From: Pseudomonadota bacterium
Lineage (GTDB): Bacteria; Pseudomonadota; Alphaproteobacteria; Rhizobiales; CAJQND01
Assembly: GCA_039030315.1 (NCBI GenBank)
Contig: JBCCEL010000002.1
Location: 1 to 49,111, forward strand
Direction: 5' to 3'
Length of the DNA stretch: 49,111 nucleotides
Part shown: positions 9,050-17,856 of the stretch, piece by piece
Position numbering within the stretch: position 1 is the stretch's first letter
How the letters are laid out: every line of letters starts with the position of its first letter
Notes under the pieces: generated by a model
The model's input: the letters and a program-made list of their open reading frames with translations, nothing else
Database searches by the model: none
What the model was told of the DNA's origin: nothing
Position numbers and translations under genes: made by a program

Positions 9050-10402
9050 ATGGCGCGCAGCGATGCCATATTGAAACGTCTGCTCGCGTTGCATCCCAAG
9101 CTGATGGATCTCTCGCTCGGCCGGATGTGGCGGATTCTCGACGCGCTCGGCAACCCGCAGAAGCGGATACCCCCGGTCGTGCACATTGCCGGCACGAACG
9201 GTAAGGGCTCTACCGTGGCCACCATGCGCGCCGCTTTAGAAGCTGGCGGGAGCCGTGTCCATGCCTACACCTCGCCGCATCTCGTGCGCTTCCATGAACG
9301 GATCTACCTCGGAGACAGCCCAACCGGCAGACCTATTGATGAGCGTGCGCTAACCGCCTTGCTGGAAGAGTGCGAGCAGGCGAACGGCGGCGAACCGATC
9401 ACATTCTTTGAAATCACAACGGCGGCGGCGTTCCTCGCCTTCTCCCGAAATCCGGCTGACTTCTGCCTTCTGGAGGTAGGTCTTGGCGGCCGCCTCGATG
9501 CCACCAACGTCATATCCCGGCCGGAGCTGTGCGTCATCACGCCAGTGGACTACGACCATCAGCAGTTTCTGGGGGAGTCCATTGAGGAGATTGCGGGGGA
9601 GAAGGCCGGCATCCTCAAGTCGGACGTGACCTGCATAGTCGGGCCGCAGAGAGATGCGGCCAGGTCCGTGATTGAAGGCCAGGCAGAGCGCGTCGGTGCA
9701 CCGCTCCTCATTGCCAATCAGGACTTCCAGGCGTATGAGGAGCACGGACGTCTGGTCTATCAGGACGCGGTCGGGCTTCTCGATCTGCCTCTGCCACGAC
9801 TGGCAGGACATTTTCAGATCGAGAATGCAGGCACGGCAATTGCCGCTTTGCGGGCGCTCAAGTCCGTAAGCGTGACGCCGGCAAGTATTGAAGCCGCAAT
9901 GGTCCAGGCGGTTTGGCCGGCCCGGATGCAAAGGCTGGAGGGCGGACCGGCTCTGAAGCTCCTTCCGGAGGGCTCGGATCTCTGGGTGGATGGTGGGCAC
10001 AATCCCGCGGCGGGAAAGGTCATATCGGCAGCGCTGGCAGAGCTGGAAGAACGTCTGCCGCGCCCGGCAGTGCTCATTTGCGGGATGATGAACACCAAGG
10101 ACCCGGGAGAATTCGTCGGCGCATTCGCAGGTCTGGCATCCAGGATCATTGCGCTCGCAATCCCTGAGGAAGCGAATGCTCTGAGTGCAGAGGACCTCGC
10201 AAGTCACGCGGCGGCGGCCGGAATCCCATCAGAGATTGCGGACGGCCTGGAGGACGCGTTTTCACGGGTCTCCTGCGGAAGCGCCGGGCCGGTTCGTGTT
10301 CTCGTGTGCGGGTCACTCTATCTTGCGGGGCATGTGCTGGCCCTGAATGAAGGGGAAGCCGTTTCCGGACCTTCCGGAGCTAGCCCGGCAGCAACGCGCT
10401 GA
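9050..10402 (+). CDS. folC: bifunctional folylpolyglutamate synthase / dihydrofolate synthase
   Basis: 450 aa. P-loop HIAGTNGKGST. Mur-ligase-like central and C-terminal parts. Conserved trpFBA-accD-folC synteny. Confidence 0.9.
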   Translation: MARSDAILKRLLALHPKLMDLSLGRMWRILDALGNPQKRIPPVVHIAGTNGKGSTVATMRAALEAGGSRVHAYTSPHLVRFHERIYLGDSPTGRPIDERALTALLEECEQANGGEPITFFEITTAAAFLAFSRNPADFCLLEVGLGGRLDATNVISRPELCVITPVDYDHQQFLGESIEEIAGEKAGILKSDVTCIVGPQRDAARSVIEGQAERVGAPLLIANQDFQAYEEHGRLVYQDAVGLLDLPLPRLAGHFQIENAGTAIAALRALKSVSVTPASIEAAMVQAVWPARMQRLEGGPALKLLPEGSDLWVDGGHNPAAGKVISAALAELEERLPRPAVLICGMMNTKDPGEFVGAFAGLASRIIALAIPEEANALSAEDLASHAAAAGIPSEIADGLEDAFSRVSCGSAGPVRVLVCGSLYLAGHVLALNEGEAVSGPSGASPAATR

Positions 10403-11156
10403 CAGTTGCCAGCAGACGGCCGATCTCCTGCGGTGACGACAGACGGTGATCACCGTCCTTGATCAACGTGAAACTGATGTCCGGTCCATCGAGATGCCTG
10501 TAGAGGCGCAAGCCGTGTTCCCAGGGCACGTCAGGGTCAGCCTCCCCATGCAGAATCCGAACAGGACAGTGAATGGACAAGAGCTCCGCAAGAAGCAAAT
10601 GTTCGCGTCCGTCTTCAATCAGCTTCCGTGAGATCGCATAATCACCATCGCCATAGCGCGATGGTCGCTGATACACGCCGGCAGTATCCAGTTCCTCGCG
10701 CACTTCGTCCGGGAACCGTTTCCACATCAGCTCTTCGGTCATATCCACCGCTGGGGCGATCAGGACCAACGCATGAATACGGTCCGCTTCATGCGCCCGC
10801 GTCAGTGCGCGACAAAGCAACAGGGCAAGCCAGCCACCCATGGAAGAGCCAATGACAACCTGGGGGCCTGAAGACACCTCCCGAAACACGCCCACTGCCT
10901 CTTTCAGCCAACCGGTGACCGTGCCCTCCTCAAAACTGCCCCCAGAGACGCCATGGCCGGAGTAATCAAAGCGCGTGCAAGCCAGTTTGTGCTGCCCGGC
11001 CCACGAGGCCAGCGCGGTCGCCTTGGTTCCATCCATCGATGACTTGAAGCCGCCGAGCCAGAACAGTCCAGGCCTGTCGGTACTGCCTCTTTGATGAACC
11101 ACCGCGATCCGGTCACCAGTGCCAAAATCCATGAATTCTGGTGCAGTATCGTTCAT
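10380..11156 (-). CDS. alpha/beta hydrolase
   Basis: Nucleophile elbow GSSMGG and a C-terminal GDH motif. Likely start is MNDTAPEF at 11156; the ORF extends to 11222 across a hairpin. The 3' end overlaps folC by 23 nt. Confidence 0.75.
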   Translation of the reverse strand: MNDTAPEFMDFGTGDRIAVVHQRGSTDRPGLFWLGGFKSSMDGTKATALASWAGQHKLACTRFDYSGHGVSGGSFEEGTVTGWLKEAVGVFREVSSGPQVVIGSSMGGWLALLLCRALTRAHEADRIHALVLIAPAVDMTEELMWKRFPDEVREELDTAGVYQRPSRYGDGDYAISRKLIEDGREHLLLAELLSIHCPVRILHGEADPDVPWEHGLRLYRHLDGPDISFTLIKDGDHRLSSPQEIGRLLATVSALLPG

Positions 11157-11287
11157 TCCAGGCCCGATCTGGTTGTAAATCGCTAAGGGAAAGGTGCCTC
11201 TTCCCTTGACTTGGCGCGCCACTTCAGGCGTTTATACCGCGCTTGCGCCGGGATGGCGAAGCAGGAAACCAGTCAGGAGATAAAGAC

Positions 11288-11827
11288 ATAGGCCGCAGAC
11301 CATACAGGGCAGCGCCGGCTAGAGATACAGGCCCGCGCGCCAACGACAAGATCACTGCAGACGAAGTTCTGGTGATCGATGCAGAGGGAAACATGAGGGG
11401 CACGATGCGCCCCGAGGATGGCATAGTCATTGCGGAGGAGGCCGGGCTCGACCTGGTCGAAGTCTCTCCCAACGCAAAGCCGCCGGTCTGCAAGGTCCTT
11501 GATCTTGGCAAGTTCAAGTACGAAGCCCAGAAAAAGGCGAACGAAGCCAAGAAGAAGCAGAAGGTCATCGAGGTCAAAGAGATCAAGATGCGGCCCAACA
11601 TCGACACGCATGACTACAATGTCAAACTGCGGGCGATGCAGAAGTTCTTCGACAATGGCGACAAGGTGAAGGTGACCCTCCGCTTCCGTGGCCGCGAAAT
11701 GGCGCACCAGGAGCTGGGCCGCAACCTGCTGCTGCGGGTCAAGGATGACGCCGAAGAGTTTGCGAAGGTTGAAGCCGAACCGAAAATGGAAGGCCGCCAG
11801 ATGATCATGGTGATGGCGCCGAAATAG
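11288..11827 (+). CDS. infC: translation initiation factor IF-3 (probable non-canonical ATA start)
   Basis: RRPYRAAP...[12 protein letters not shown]...[15 protein letters not shown]...[20 protein letters not shown] at 11275-11280 lies 7 nt before ATA 11288. The only canonical-type upstream start is a TTG at 11243 with no SD. Confidence 0.85.
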   Translation: MGRRPYRAAPARDTGPRANDKITADEVLVIDAEGNMRGTMRPEDGIVIAEEAGLDLVEVSPNAKPPVCKVLDLGKFKYEAQKKANEAKKKQKVIEVKEIKMRPNIDTHDYNVKLRAMQKFFDNGDKVKVTLRFRGREMAHQELGRNLLLRVKDDAEEFAKVEAEPKMEGRQMIMVMAPK

Positions 11828-11856
11828 GCTGGGTTGAAGTCGACTGAATTTGCGAG

Positions 11857-11886
11857 CGGGCGGCCAGGGTGCCGCCCGTTTTCGTT
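11857..11886 (+). terminator. Rho-independent terminator after infC
   Basis: Perfect 8-bp GC stem cgggcggc (11857-11864) / gccgcccg (11871-11878), followed by ttttcgtt. It abuts the stop of the convergent MFS gene. Confidence 0.7.
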
Positions 11887-13157
11887 CAGTCCTTGACGAT
11901 ACCGTCCCGGCGCAGACGGCTCATTCCAATCAGATACCAACCCAACGCAAGGAACTGGAGAACCAGGAACAGTCCGAAACCCGCCTGGAAACCTTGCGGG
12001 TCGTATCCTCCGCTTGGCGAATTCGGATAGAGATCGATGATCTCCCCGATCAGATACTGAATGGCAAAGGCGGAGGAAAAGATGAAGAGGTTCATGGCCG
12101 TATTGGCACGTCCCGACAGCGCCGCCCCGTAGTGGGAGCTAAGCCAGGGATAGGCAAGAATGGCGACCTGGCCGAGCATTCCGAATACAACCCAGGACAG
12201 CCACATCGCCGGCGGCCAGTGTGAGATGATACCGATCTGGGAAATCAGGAAGACAACCGCGAAACCCAGCATGACGTTCAGAATGCTGACCCCCCGGCGG
12301 CCAAGCCAGTCGGTCACCACGCCGGTCAGAAGAATTCCAATGAAGAATGCCGACGCGGTGAGGAAGAGATAGAGAGCCACGCCGTCCCGGTCCATACCGG
12401 CAACGTCCCGGAACCAGGGGCCGGCCCAGAGGGTCTGAATGGCAATGTGGGCACCGGCGGAAGAGCCGAGCAGCGGCGCCAGGACCCAGAAAGTCCGCGA
12501 CTTCAGAATCGAGACCAGCGAAGCAACCGACTGTCCGAAACTTTCCTCTGCACCAATCGGGCCGTCATGGGTTCTGGGAACCACGAGGAATATGACCGCC
12601 GCGACGATTGCCGTGATCGCAGCGAGCCACCAGAACACCATTCTCCAGCCGACCGCCTGAACGGCAAACTCCATGGGCACAGTCGCCACGAGCAGGCCGA
12701 GTGCGCCCAAAGACATGACACAGGCGTTCGCCAAGGCGCGCCTCTCTTCGGGCACCCAAAGAACCACCGCCTTGAAGCCGCTCATGAGGCCGCCGGCAAA
12801 GCCCATGCCGATGATCGCCCTGGCGATGGTCAGCGTGTAAACATCCTGGCCTACGGCGAAGAGAACCGAACCGAGCGCGGCACAGGCCACAAGTGCAGCT
12901 TGCACGCGCCGCGGGCCGTATCGGTCCAGCAACAGGCCGAGCGGCAGCTGGAACAGGGCGAACGCGAGCAAATACGCAGCCGTGAGCAGCCCAAGGCCAG
13001 CCGCGTCCAGCCCGATGTCCCGAACCAGATCAGGCGCAACGACCGCGTTCACCGCCCTGTAGAGATAGGACAGAAAGTAGCCAAGCGAGAATGGGGTGAG
13101 CGCCAAAAGGGCAATCTGCGTCGTGAGGCGCGGCCGCGCGCTTCCGTGGTCACTCAT
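11886..13157 (-). CDS. MFS transporter
   Basis: About 12 predicted hydrophobic helices and the MFS-type loop LGLLLDRYGPRR. Start is uncertain: ATG 13157 lies 4 nt after the upstream stop, with alternatives at 13178 and 13259. Confidence 0.8.
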   Translation of the reverse strand: MSDHGSARPRLTTQIALLALTPFSLGYFLSYLYRAVNAVVAPDLVRDIGLDAAGLGLLTAAYLLAFALFQLPLGLLLDRYGPRRVQAALVACAALGSVLFAVGQDVYTLTIARAIIGMGFAGGLMSGFKAVVLWVPEERRALANACVMSLGALGLLVATVPMEFAVQAVGWRMVFWWLAAITAIVAAVIFLVVPRTHDGPIGAEESFGQSVASLVSILKSRTFWVLAPLLGSSAGAHIAIQTLWAGPWFRDVAGMDRDGVALYLFLTASAFFIGILLTGVVTDWLGRRGVSILNVMLGFAVVFLISQIGIISHWPPAMWLSWVVFGMLGQVAILAYPWLSSHYGAALSGRANTAMNLFIFSSAFAIQYLIGEIIDLYPNSPSGGYDPQGFQAGFGLFLVLQFLALGWYLIGMSRLRRDGIVKD

Positions 13158-13161
13158 CTGG

Positions 13162-14514
13162 CTAGAGATACCATTCATATTCACGCGCAGTGATGGCGGA
13201 AAGGAAGTCGTCCAGTTCCCCCCGCTTAACCGCCGCATAGGCCCTGGGATAATCCTCACCCAGATATTGCGGCAGGATGACAGCGTTCTCGATGGCTTCG
13301 ATTGCCTTCCAAGGTTTCAGTGGCAGGGTTTCGTCGACCTCGGCACCGGCATTGCCGGTCGCCATGGGAGTGGGTTCAAGCGCGTTTTCCAGGCCGTGCA
13401 AGCCGCCGGCGAGCACAGCGGCGAGAACCAGATACGGGTTGGCTTCAGCGCCTGCCACCCGGTGCTCGACACGGCGGTTCGGGCCGTCTGCAGCCGGCAG
13501 TCGGAACGCCATGGAGCGGTTGTTTTCACCCCAATCGGTCGTGACCGGCGTGAACTGGTCCGGCTCAAAGCGTCGAAACACATTCATGTTCGGGGCAAAG
13601 ATGGCAAAGGCTTCCGCCATTGTTGCCTGGAAGCCGCCGATCACATTGCGCAGATTGCCCTCCCCGCCTTCACTTGCCGGGTCGAAAATGTTCCGGCCCT
13701 CCCCATCCAGAATGCTCATGTGAATGTGCATGCCCGATCCGGCCAGCTCCGGATAAGGCTTGGACATGAACGTCGCATCGAATCCAGCCTCACGAGCGGC
13801 CATAGTCATGGTCCGCCTTAGGCAGGCCGCCTGGTCCGCCGCGCGTGCCGGATCGTCGATATGATCCAGGTTGATCTCGAACTGCCCGGGGCCGTACTCG
13901 CTTATGCCGGTGGACGCGGGTATGTTCTGCGCACCGCAGTACTCGGCCATCAGAGTAAGAAACGCACGATAATCCTCCAGCTCATCGAGTCCGAAAACAT
14001 TGCCTTTCCAGCTTCTCTCACCCGTCCTGGGATTGAGCGGCGGCTGAGGCGCCCCGTTCTCGGTGCGCTCCCGGTCAATCAGGTAGAATTCCAGCTCCAC
14101 AGCGACCACTGGTGTGAGACCGCGTTCTGCAAACCCATCGACTACGGACCGGAGCACTGCCCTTGGTTCGAACCAGACCGGGTCAGATGTGCCCTCGTTC
14201 TTGAGTTCCAGCAGGCATTGCGCACCCTTGCCCTGGCTCCATGGCGCCAGGCACAGTGTTCCTGGAACCGGGTGGGAATCGGCGTCGGGGTCCCCGTCGG
14301 AGAACCCGTAGCCCAGGGGATCGGAGGTGTTTCCGTTGACATCCAGCAAATAAGTACCTGCACAGAGCTGCGAGCCGCTGGAATAGAGCTTCTCGATCTG
14401 ATGCGCCGGATGACGCTTGCCAACCGCGCGGCCACAGAGATCGATGATGAAGGCGTCCAGGTACTCAACCCCCGGATTTGCTTCCAGAAAGGCTCTTGCC
14501 TCATCAACGCCCAT
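13162..14514 (-). CDS. glutamine synthetase family protein (gamma-glutamyl-amine ligase-like, PuuA/GlnT type)
   Basis: GS catalytic-domain motifs (FMSKPYPELAGSGMHIHMSI, NRSMAFRLP, RVEHRVAGAEANPYL). ATG 14514 is preceded by GAGGGTG. The ORF-track start at 14550 is a TTG. Confidence 0.85.
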   Translation of the reverse strand: MGVDEARAFLEANPGVEYLDAFIIDLCGRAVGKRHPAHQIEKLYSSGSQLCAGTYLLDVNGNTSDPLGYGFSDGDPDADSHPVPGTLCLAPWSQGKGAQCLLELKNEGTSDPVWFEPRAVLRSVVDGFAERGLTPVVAVELEFYLIDRERTENGAPQPPLNPRTGERSWKGNVFGLDELEDYRAFLTLMAEYCGAQNIPASTGISEYGPGQFEINLDHIDDPARAADQAACLRRTMTMAAREAGFDATFMSKPYPELAGSGMHIHMSILDGEGRNIFDPASEGGEGNLRNVIGGFQATMAEAFAIFAPNMNVFRRFEPDQFTPVTTDWGENNRSMAFRLPAADGPNRRVEHRVAGAEANPYLVLAAVLAGGLHGLENALEPTPMATGNAGAEVDETLPLKPWKAIEAIENAVILPQYLGEDYPRAYAAVKRGELDDFLSAITAREYEWYL

Positions 14515-14583
14515 ATCAATCACCCTCGCAGCCTCGTCCCGGAGCCGCAACTTGCCAGAGCCTCAGGGCAATTGACACGAAAA

Positions 14584-15090
14584 TCAGTACAGCCACGAGC
14601 TATATGCAGGGTCCTGATCCTTCATGTCCTCGTAGAGCCAGACCATCCTGTCCAGGAACCACAGCTTGGCCAGGAGCACGGCCGTCAGTCCGGCGACCAC
14701 CGCCCAGAACTCGTAGACAATCAGGCCATAAGCAAATGGCGGTATCCCCAGTGCACCGACAGCACTGAGGATATGTGCGGCGCGTCCGTGATGCGCAGGA
14801 ATGGGTCTGGCCTTCCGGTTCAGCCACACCCTCTCGCCGAAAGTCGCTTTGGACATCCAGTGGTCCGTGGTTCCGGGTGGGGGGAACACACGCGGATTGA
14901 CGAACGTCCAGAGAATCAGCAGAGCAATCGGCACCAGACACCACCAGCCAATCCAGACCCGGCTCCAGATCGCGAGCGCAAGCAGTGGCAAGATGACCGT
15001 CCGCGTCCACGCGCTCCACGGATTGGCGTGGCGCTTCCACGCCCCATCGTCCATCTTCATCAGGCGCTCAAGCCAACTGCCGTAATCCAT
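14584..15090 (-). CDS. hypothetical membrane protein (resembles DUF6653-type proteins from memory)
   Basis: Four hydrophobic helices and the motif WKRHANPWSAWTR. ATG 15090 is preceded by GGGAGG with 9-nt spacing. Confidence 0.6.
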   Translation of the reverse strand: MDYGSWLERLMKMDDGAWKRHANPWSAWTRTVILPLLALAIWSRVWIGWWCLVPIALLILWTFVNPRVFPPPGTTDHWMSKATFGERVWLNRKARPIPAHHGRAAHILSAVGALGIPPFAYGLIVYEFWAVVAGLTAVLLAKLWFLDRMVWLYEDMKDQDPAYSSWLY

Positions 15091-15113
15091 GACGGATTGC
15101 CTCCCGGGCTTCC

Positions 15114-15968
15114 TCAACGGTTCGTATGCGCCTCAGCATGGCTGCCGATACCCCAGAAATCTGTCGTATTGCTGGTCGCGTGAAAACCCTCGAAGAACTT
15201 CTGCGGGTCCGCTCGCTCGAAGCTGCCCCTGCTCTGACAAACGAGGACATAGTGATAATCGGGGTAGATGGTCATGTAGACGGAACCATCAAGTGCATAG
15301 ATCTCTGGATTGGACTGGAGTTCAGTATCTGCGAGATCGCCTACAGAAATCGTCGACGGCTCCACTCCAATGGACCTCGCCGACCAGACCTCTTTGTGAT
15401 CCAGCGCGCTCAGGAACGCCGCAGCCTGTAGTTCGAATACCGGAGACCACGTGCCCTCCAGCGGCAAAAACAGGTGCCCGCCACGACAGGCATCAACAAG
15501 CGACTCCGTCTCGGCCGGATTTGAGAGCTCCGCCTTGATCCGGCCCGAACCCGTCAGCCTCAGCGCCCGGTTCACAGACCTGACCGACGACAGTCCGCTA
15601 AGCTCAGCCACACATTGCCAGGAACGGCCACACCGGGGTCCCAGACGCTTGGCCCGATTTTCGGCCGCCTCCGGTAGTTCCGCTCCATACTGCTCTGATG
15701 GAAATCCGAACAGCTGGATGAAAGGGTTCAAGGCGACGAAAACGTGCGGAAACCGACTTTCAAAATGAGCCAGATAGGCGACATCGTCCTTGCTTGGATA
15801 GGTCACGGGCAAGCAGCGCATCGGTTTCTGATCTTCTATATGATTGCCGCTGACGTCCAGGCTTATCAAGCCCGTTTCCACATTAGCCATGCGCCCGTTT
15901 GCAGTTGATTTATGCGGTCCATCCCCGTATATACCCATCGCTCCGGTCGTCCGGCCTGTAATGGGCAT
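15114..15968 (-). CDS. hypothetical cytoplasmic protein (orphan; possible internal HTH)
   Basis: Longest ORF is 284 aa. No signal peptide or TM helix. Start is uncertain (15968, 15938 or 15890; none has a good SD). Segment [22 protein letters not shown] looks helix-turn-helix-like. GC looks lower than the flanks by eye. Confidence 0.5.
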   Translation of the reverse strand: MPITGRTTGAMGIYGDGPHKSTANGRMANVETGLISLDVSGNHIEDQKPMRCLPVTYPSKDDVAYLAHFESRFPHVFVALNPFIQLFGFPSEQYGAELPEAAENRAKRLGPRCGRSWQCVAELSGLSSVRSVNRALRLTGSGRIKAELSNPAETESLVDACRGGHLFLPLEGTWSPVFELQAAAFLSALDHKEVWSARSIGVEPSTISVGDLADTELQSNPEIYALDGSVYMTIYPDYHYVLVCQSRGSFERADPQKFFEGFHATSNTTDFWGIGSHAEAHTNR

Positions 15969-16016
15969 GCCGTGGCGGCTGCGAATGCTTCAATGACAGA
16001 AGCCAGAAAATGGATC

Positions 16017-16038
16017 CGGTTTCCCGGTCTGGAAACCG
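16017..16038 (+). promoter_or_regulatory. stem-loop in the rpmI leader
   Basis: cggtttcc (16017-16024), loop cggtct, ggaaaccg (16031-16038). Located 36 nt upstream of the rpmI ATG. Confidence 0.25.
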
Positions 16039-16073
16039 ATAGTCCGCTTGCTGGCATACAGGAGACAAGCAAA

Positions 16074-16271
16074 ATGCCCAAGCTGAAGACCAAGAGCGGC
16101 GCGAAGAAGCGCTTCAAGGTGACAGCAACCGGTAAGGTCATGTGTGGCCAGGCCGGCAAGCGTCACGGGATGATCAAGCGGTCCAACAAGTTTATCCGGA
16201 AGGCACGCGGCATGTCCGCCCTGTCGGATCAGGACGCAAAGATCGTCAAACAGTTTCTTCCCTACAGCTAG
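16074..16271 (+). CDS. rpmI: 50S ribosomal protein L35
   Basis: [22 protein letters not shown]... with GGAGA 9 nt upstream. The ORF from 15912 is an extension. Confidence 0.95.
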   Translation: MPKLKTKSGAKKRFKVTATGKVMCGQAGKRHGMIKRSNKFIRKARGMSALSDQDAKIVKQFLPYS

Positions 16272-16309
16272 TCGAACGTTTCTCGCGTTCTGATTAAAGG
16301 AGCACCGCT

Positions 16310-16666
16310 ATGGCCCGAGTCAAACGGGGTGTGACAACCCACGCCCGCCACCGCAAAGTCATCAATGCCGCCAAAGGCTATTATGGCGCACGCAAGAACA
16401 CCTTCCGCGCCGCCAACCAGGCCGTGGAAAAGGCCGGTCAGTACGCCTACCGCGACCGCCGCACCAAGAAGCGCAATTTCCGCTCCCTGTGGATCCAGCG
16501 CATCAACGCGGCCGCGCGCGAAGAAGGCATGACCTACGGACGATTTATCAACGGGCTTGGCAAGGCCGGCATCGAGGTTGACCGCAAAGTGCTTGCGGAC
16601 CTCGCCGTGCGTGAGCCCGAGGCCTTCAAGGCACTGGTCGAGGCGGCGAAAGCCTCCCTGCAATAA
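16310..16666 (+). CDS. rplT: 50S ribosomal protein L20
   Basis: [30 protein letters not shown]... Confidence 0.95.
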   Translation: MARVKRGVTTHARHRKVINAAKGYYGARKNTFRAANQAVEKAGQYAYRDRRTKKRNFRSLWIQRINAAAREEGMTYGRFINGLGKAGIEVDRKVLADLAVREPEAFKALVEAAKASLQ

Positions 16667-16782
16667 GACCGGTCTGCCTGCGCTTGGCGCGGACCACCAC
16701 ATGACTGCCGGACCTGCCGGGCCCGCCCCAAAATGGAGCGCCCCGAACCCGTCCCCTGTTGTCATTCTGAAAGGTCAAACCC

Positions 16783-17856
16783 GTGCAAGACCTCGAAACC
16801 CTGGAAAGTGAAATCCGCAGCGCCATAGAGGCCGCCGACGACATGTCGGCGCTTGAGAGCGTTCGTGTTTCAAGCCTCGGCAAGAAGGGCTCCGTCTCAG
16901 CTCTGATGAAGTCTCTCGGCGGTATGAGCCCCGAAGAGCGCAAGGAGATGGGCCCGAAGCTGAACGGTCTCAAGCAGTCGATCGGCGAAGCGATTGCGGC
17001 CCGAACTTCTGATCTGAAGGATGCAGAGCTGGAGGCTCGTCTCGCCGGAGAGAAGATTGATGTCACGCTCCCGGCGCGTCCCGAACAGCGGGGCACCATC
17101 CATCCCGTCAGCCAGGTCTGGGACGAAGTGGTGCAGATTTTCGGCGATCTCGGGTTCTCGGTCGCAGAAGGTCCCCATATCGAAACGGACTTCTACAACT
17201 TCGAAGCCTTGAACATCCCGCCGGAGCACCCGGCCCGTCAGGAACACGACACGTTCTACTTCAACGAACGCGAAGACGGCTCGCGTATGGTGCTGCGCAC
17301 GCACACCAGCCCGGTCCAGATCCGGACGATGGAATCGGCCGAACCGCCGATTCGCATCATTGCGCCGGGGCGTACATTCCGCTGCGATTCCGACCAGACG
17401 CATACGCCGATGTTCCATCAGGTCGAGGGCCTTGTCCTCGATGAATCGACCCATCTTGGTCATCTGAAGTGGTGCCTGGAAGAGTTCTGCAAGGCATTCT
17501 TCGAGGTGGACGAGGTGAAGATGCGGTTCCGCGCATCGCACTTCCCCTTCACCGAGCCCTCCATGGAAGTGGATATCGGCTGTTCCTGGGAAGGGGGCCA
17601 GGTGAAGATCGGAACGGGCGACGACTGGCTTGAGATCCTGGGCTCCGGGATGGTGCACCCCAAGGTGATCGCGGCCGGCGGCCTGGACCCGGACAGGATA
17701 CAGGGTTTCGCCTTCGGCATGGGTATCGACCGCATTGCGATGCTGAAGTACGGAATTCCGGACCTTAGGGCCTTCTTCGAGGCTGATCTGCGCTGGCTCC
17801 ATCACTATGGGTTTGCAGCCCTGGATGTGCCTGAGCTGGCAGGAGGATTGAGCTGA
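16783..17856 (+). CDS. pheS: phenylalanine--tRNA ligase alpha subunit
   Basis: 357 aa with a GTG start. Class II motifs ([35 protein letters not shown]). Confidence 0.95.
   Translation: MQDLETLESEIRSAIEAADDMSALESVRVSSLGKKGSVSALMKSLGGMSPEERKEMGPKLNGLKQSIGEAIAARTSDLKDAELEARLAGEKIDVTLPARPEQRGTIHPVSQVWDEVVQIFGDLGFSVAEGPHIETDFYNFEALNIPPEHPARQEHDTFYFNEREDGSRMVLRTHTSPVQIRTMESAEPPIRIIAPGRTFRCDSDQTHTPMFHQVEGLVLDESTHLGHLKWCLEEFCKAFFEVDEVKMRFRASHFPFTEPSMEVDIGCSWEGGQVKIGTGDDWLEILGSGMVHPKVIAAGGLDPDRIQGFAFGMGIDRIAMLKYGIPDLRAFFEADLRWLHHYGFAALDVPELAGGLS

Noticed and set aside
11185-11207. 7-bp hairpin aagggaa-N9-ttccctt overlapping a possible infC -35 (TTGACT 11206-11211)
   Set aside because: It is short, has no T-run, and the -35/-10 spacing to TTTATA (19 nt) is poor. 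I noted it only as support that the hydrolase gene starts at 11156 rather than 11222.
16667-16782. Search for a pheST leader peptide or attenuator (Phe-rich mini-ORF plus terminator) between rplT and pheS
   Set aside because: There is no Phe-codon run and no hairpin with a T-tract. Only a weak 7-bp stem (ggtctgc/gcggacc) is present.
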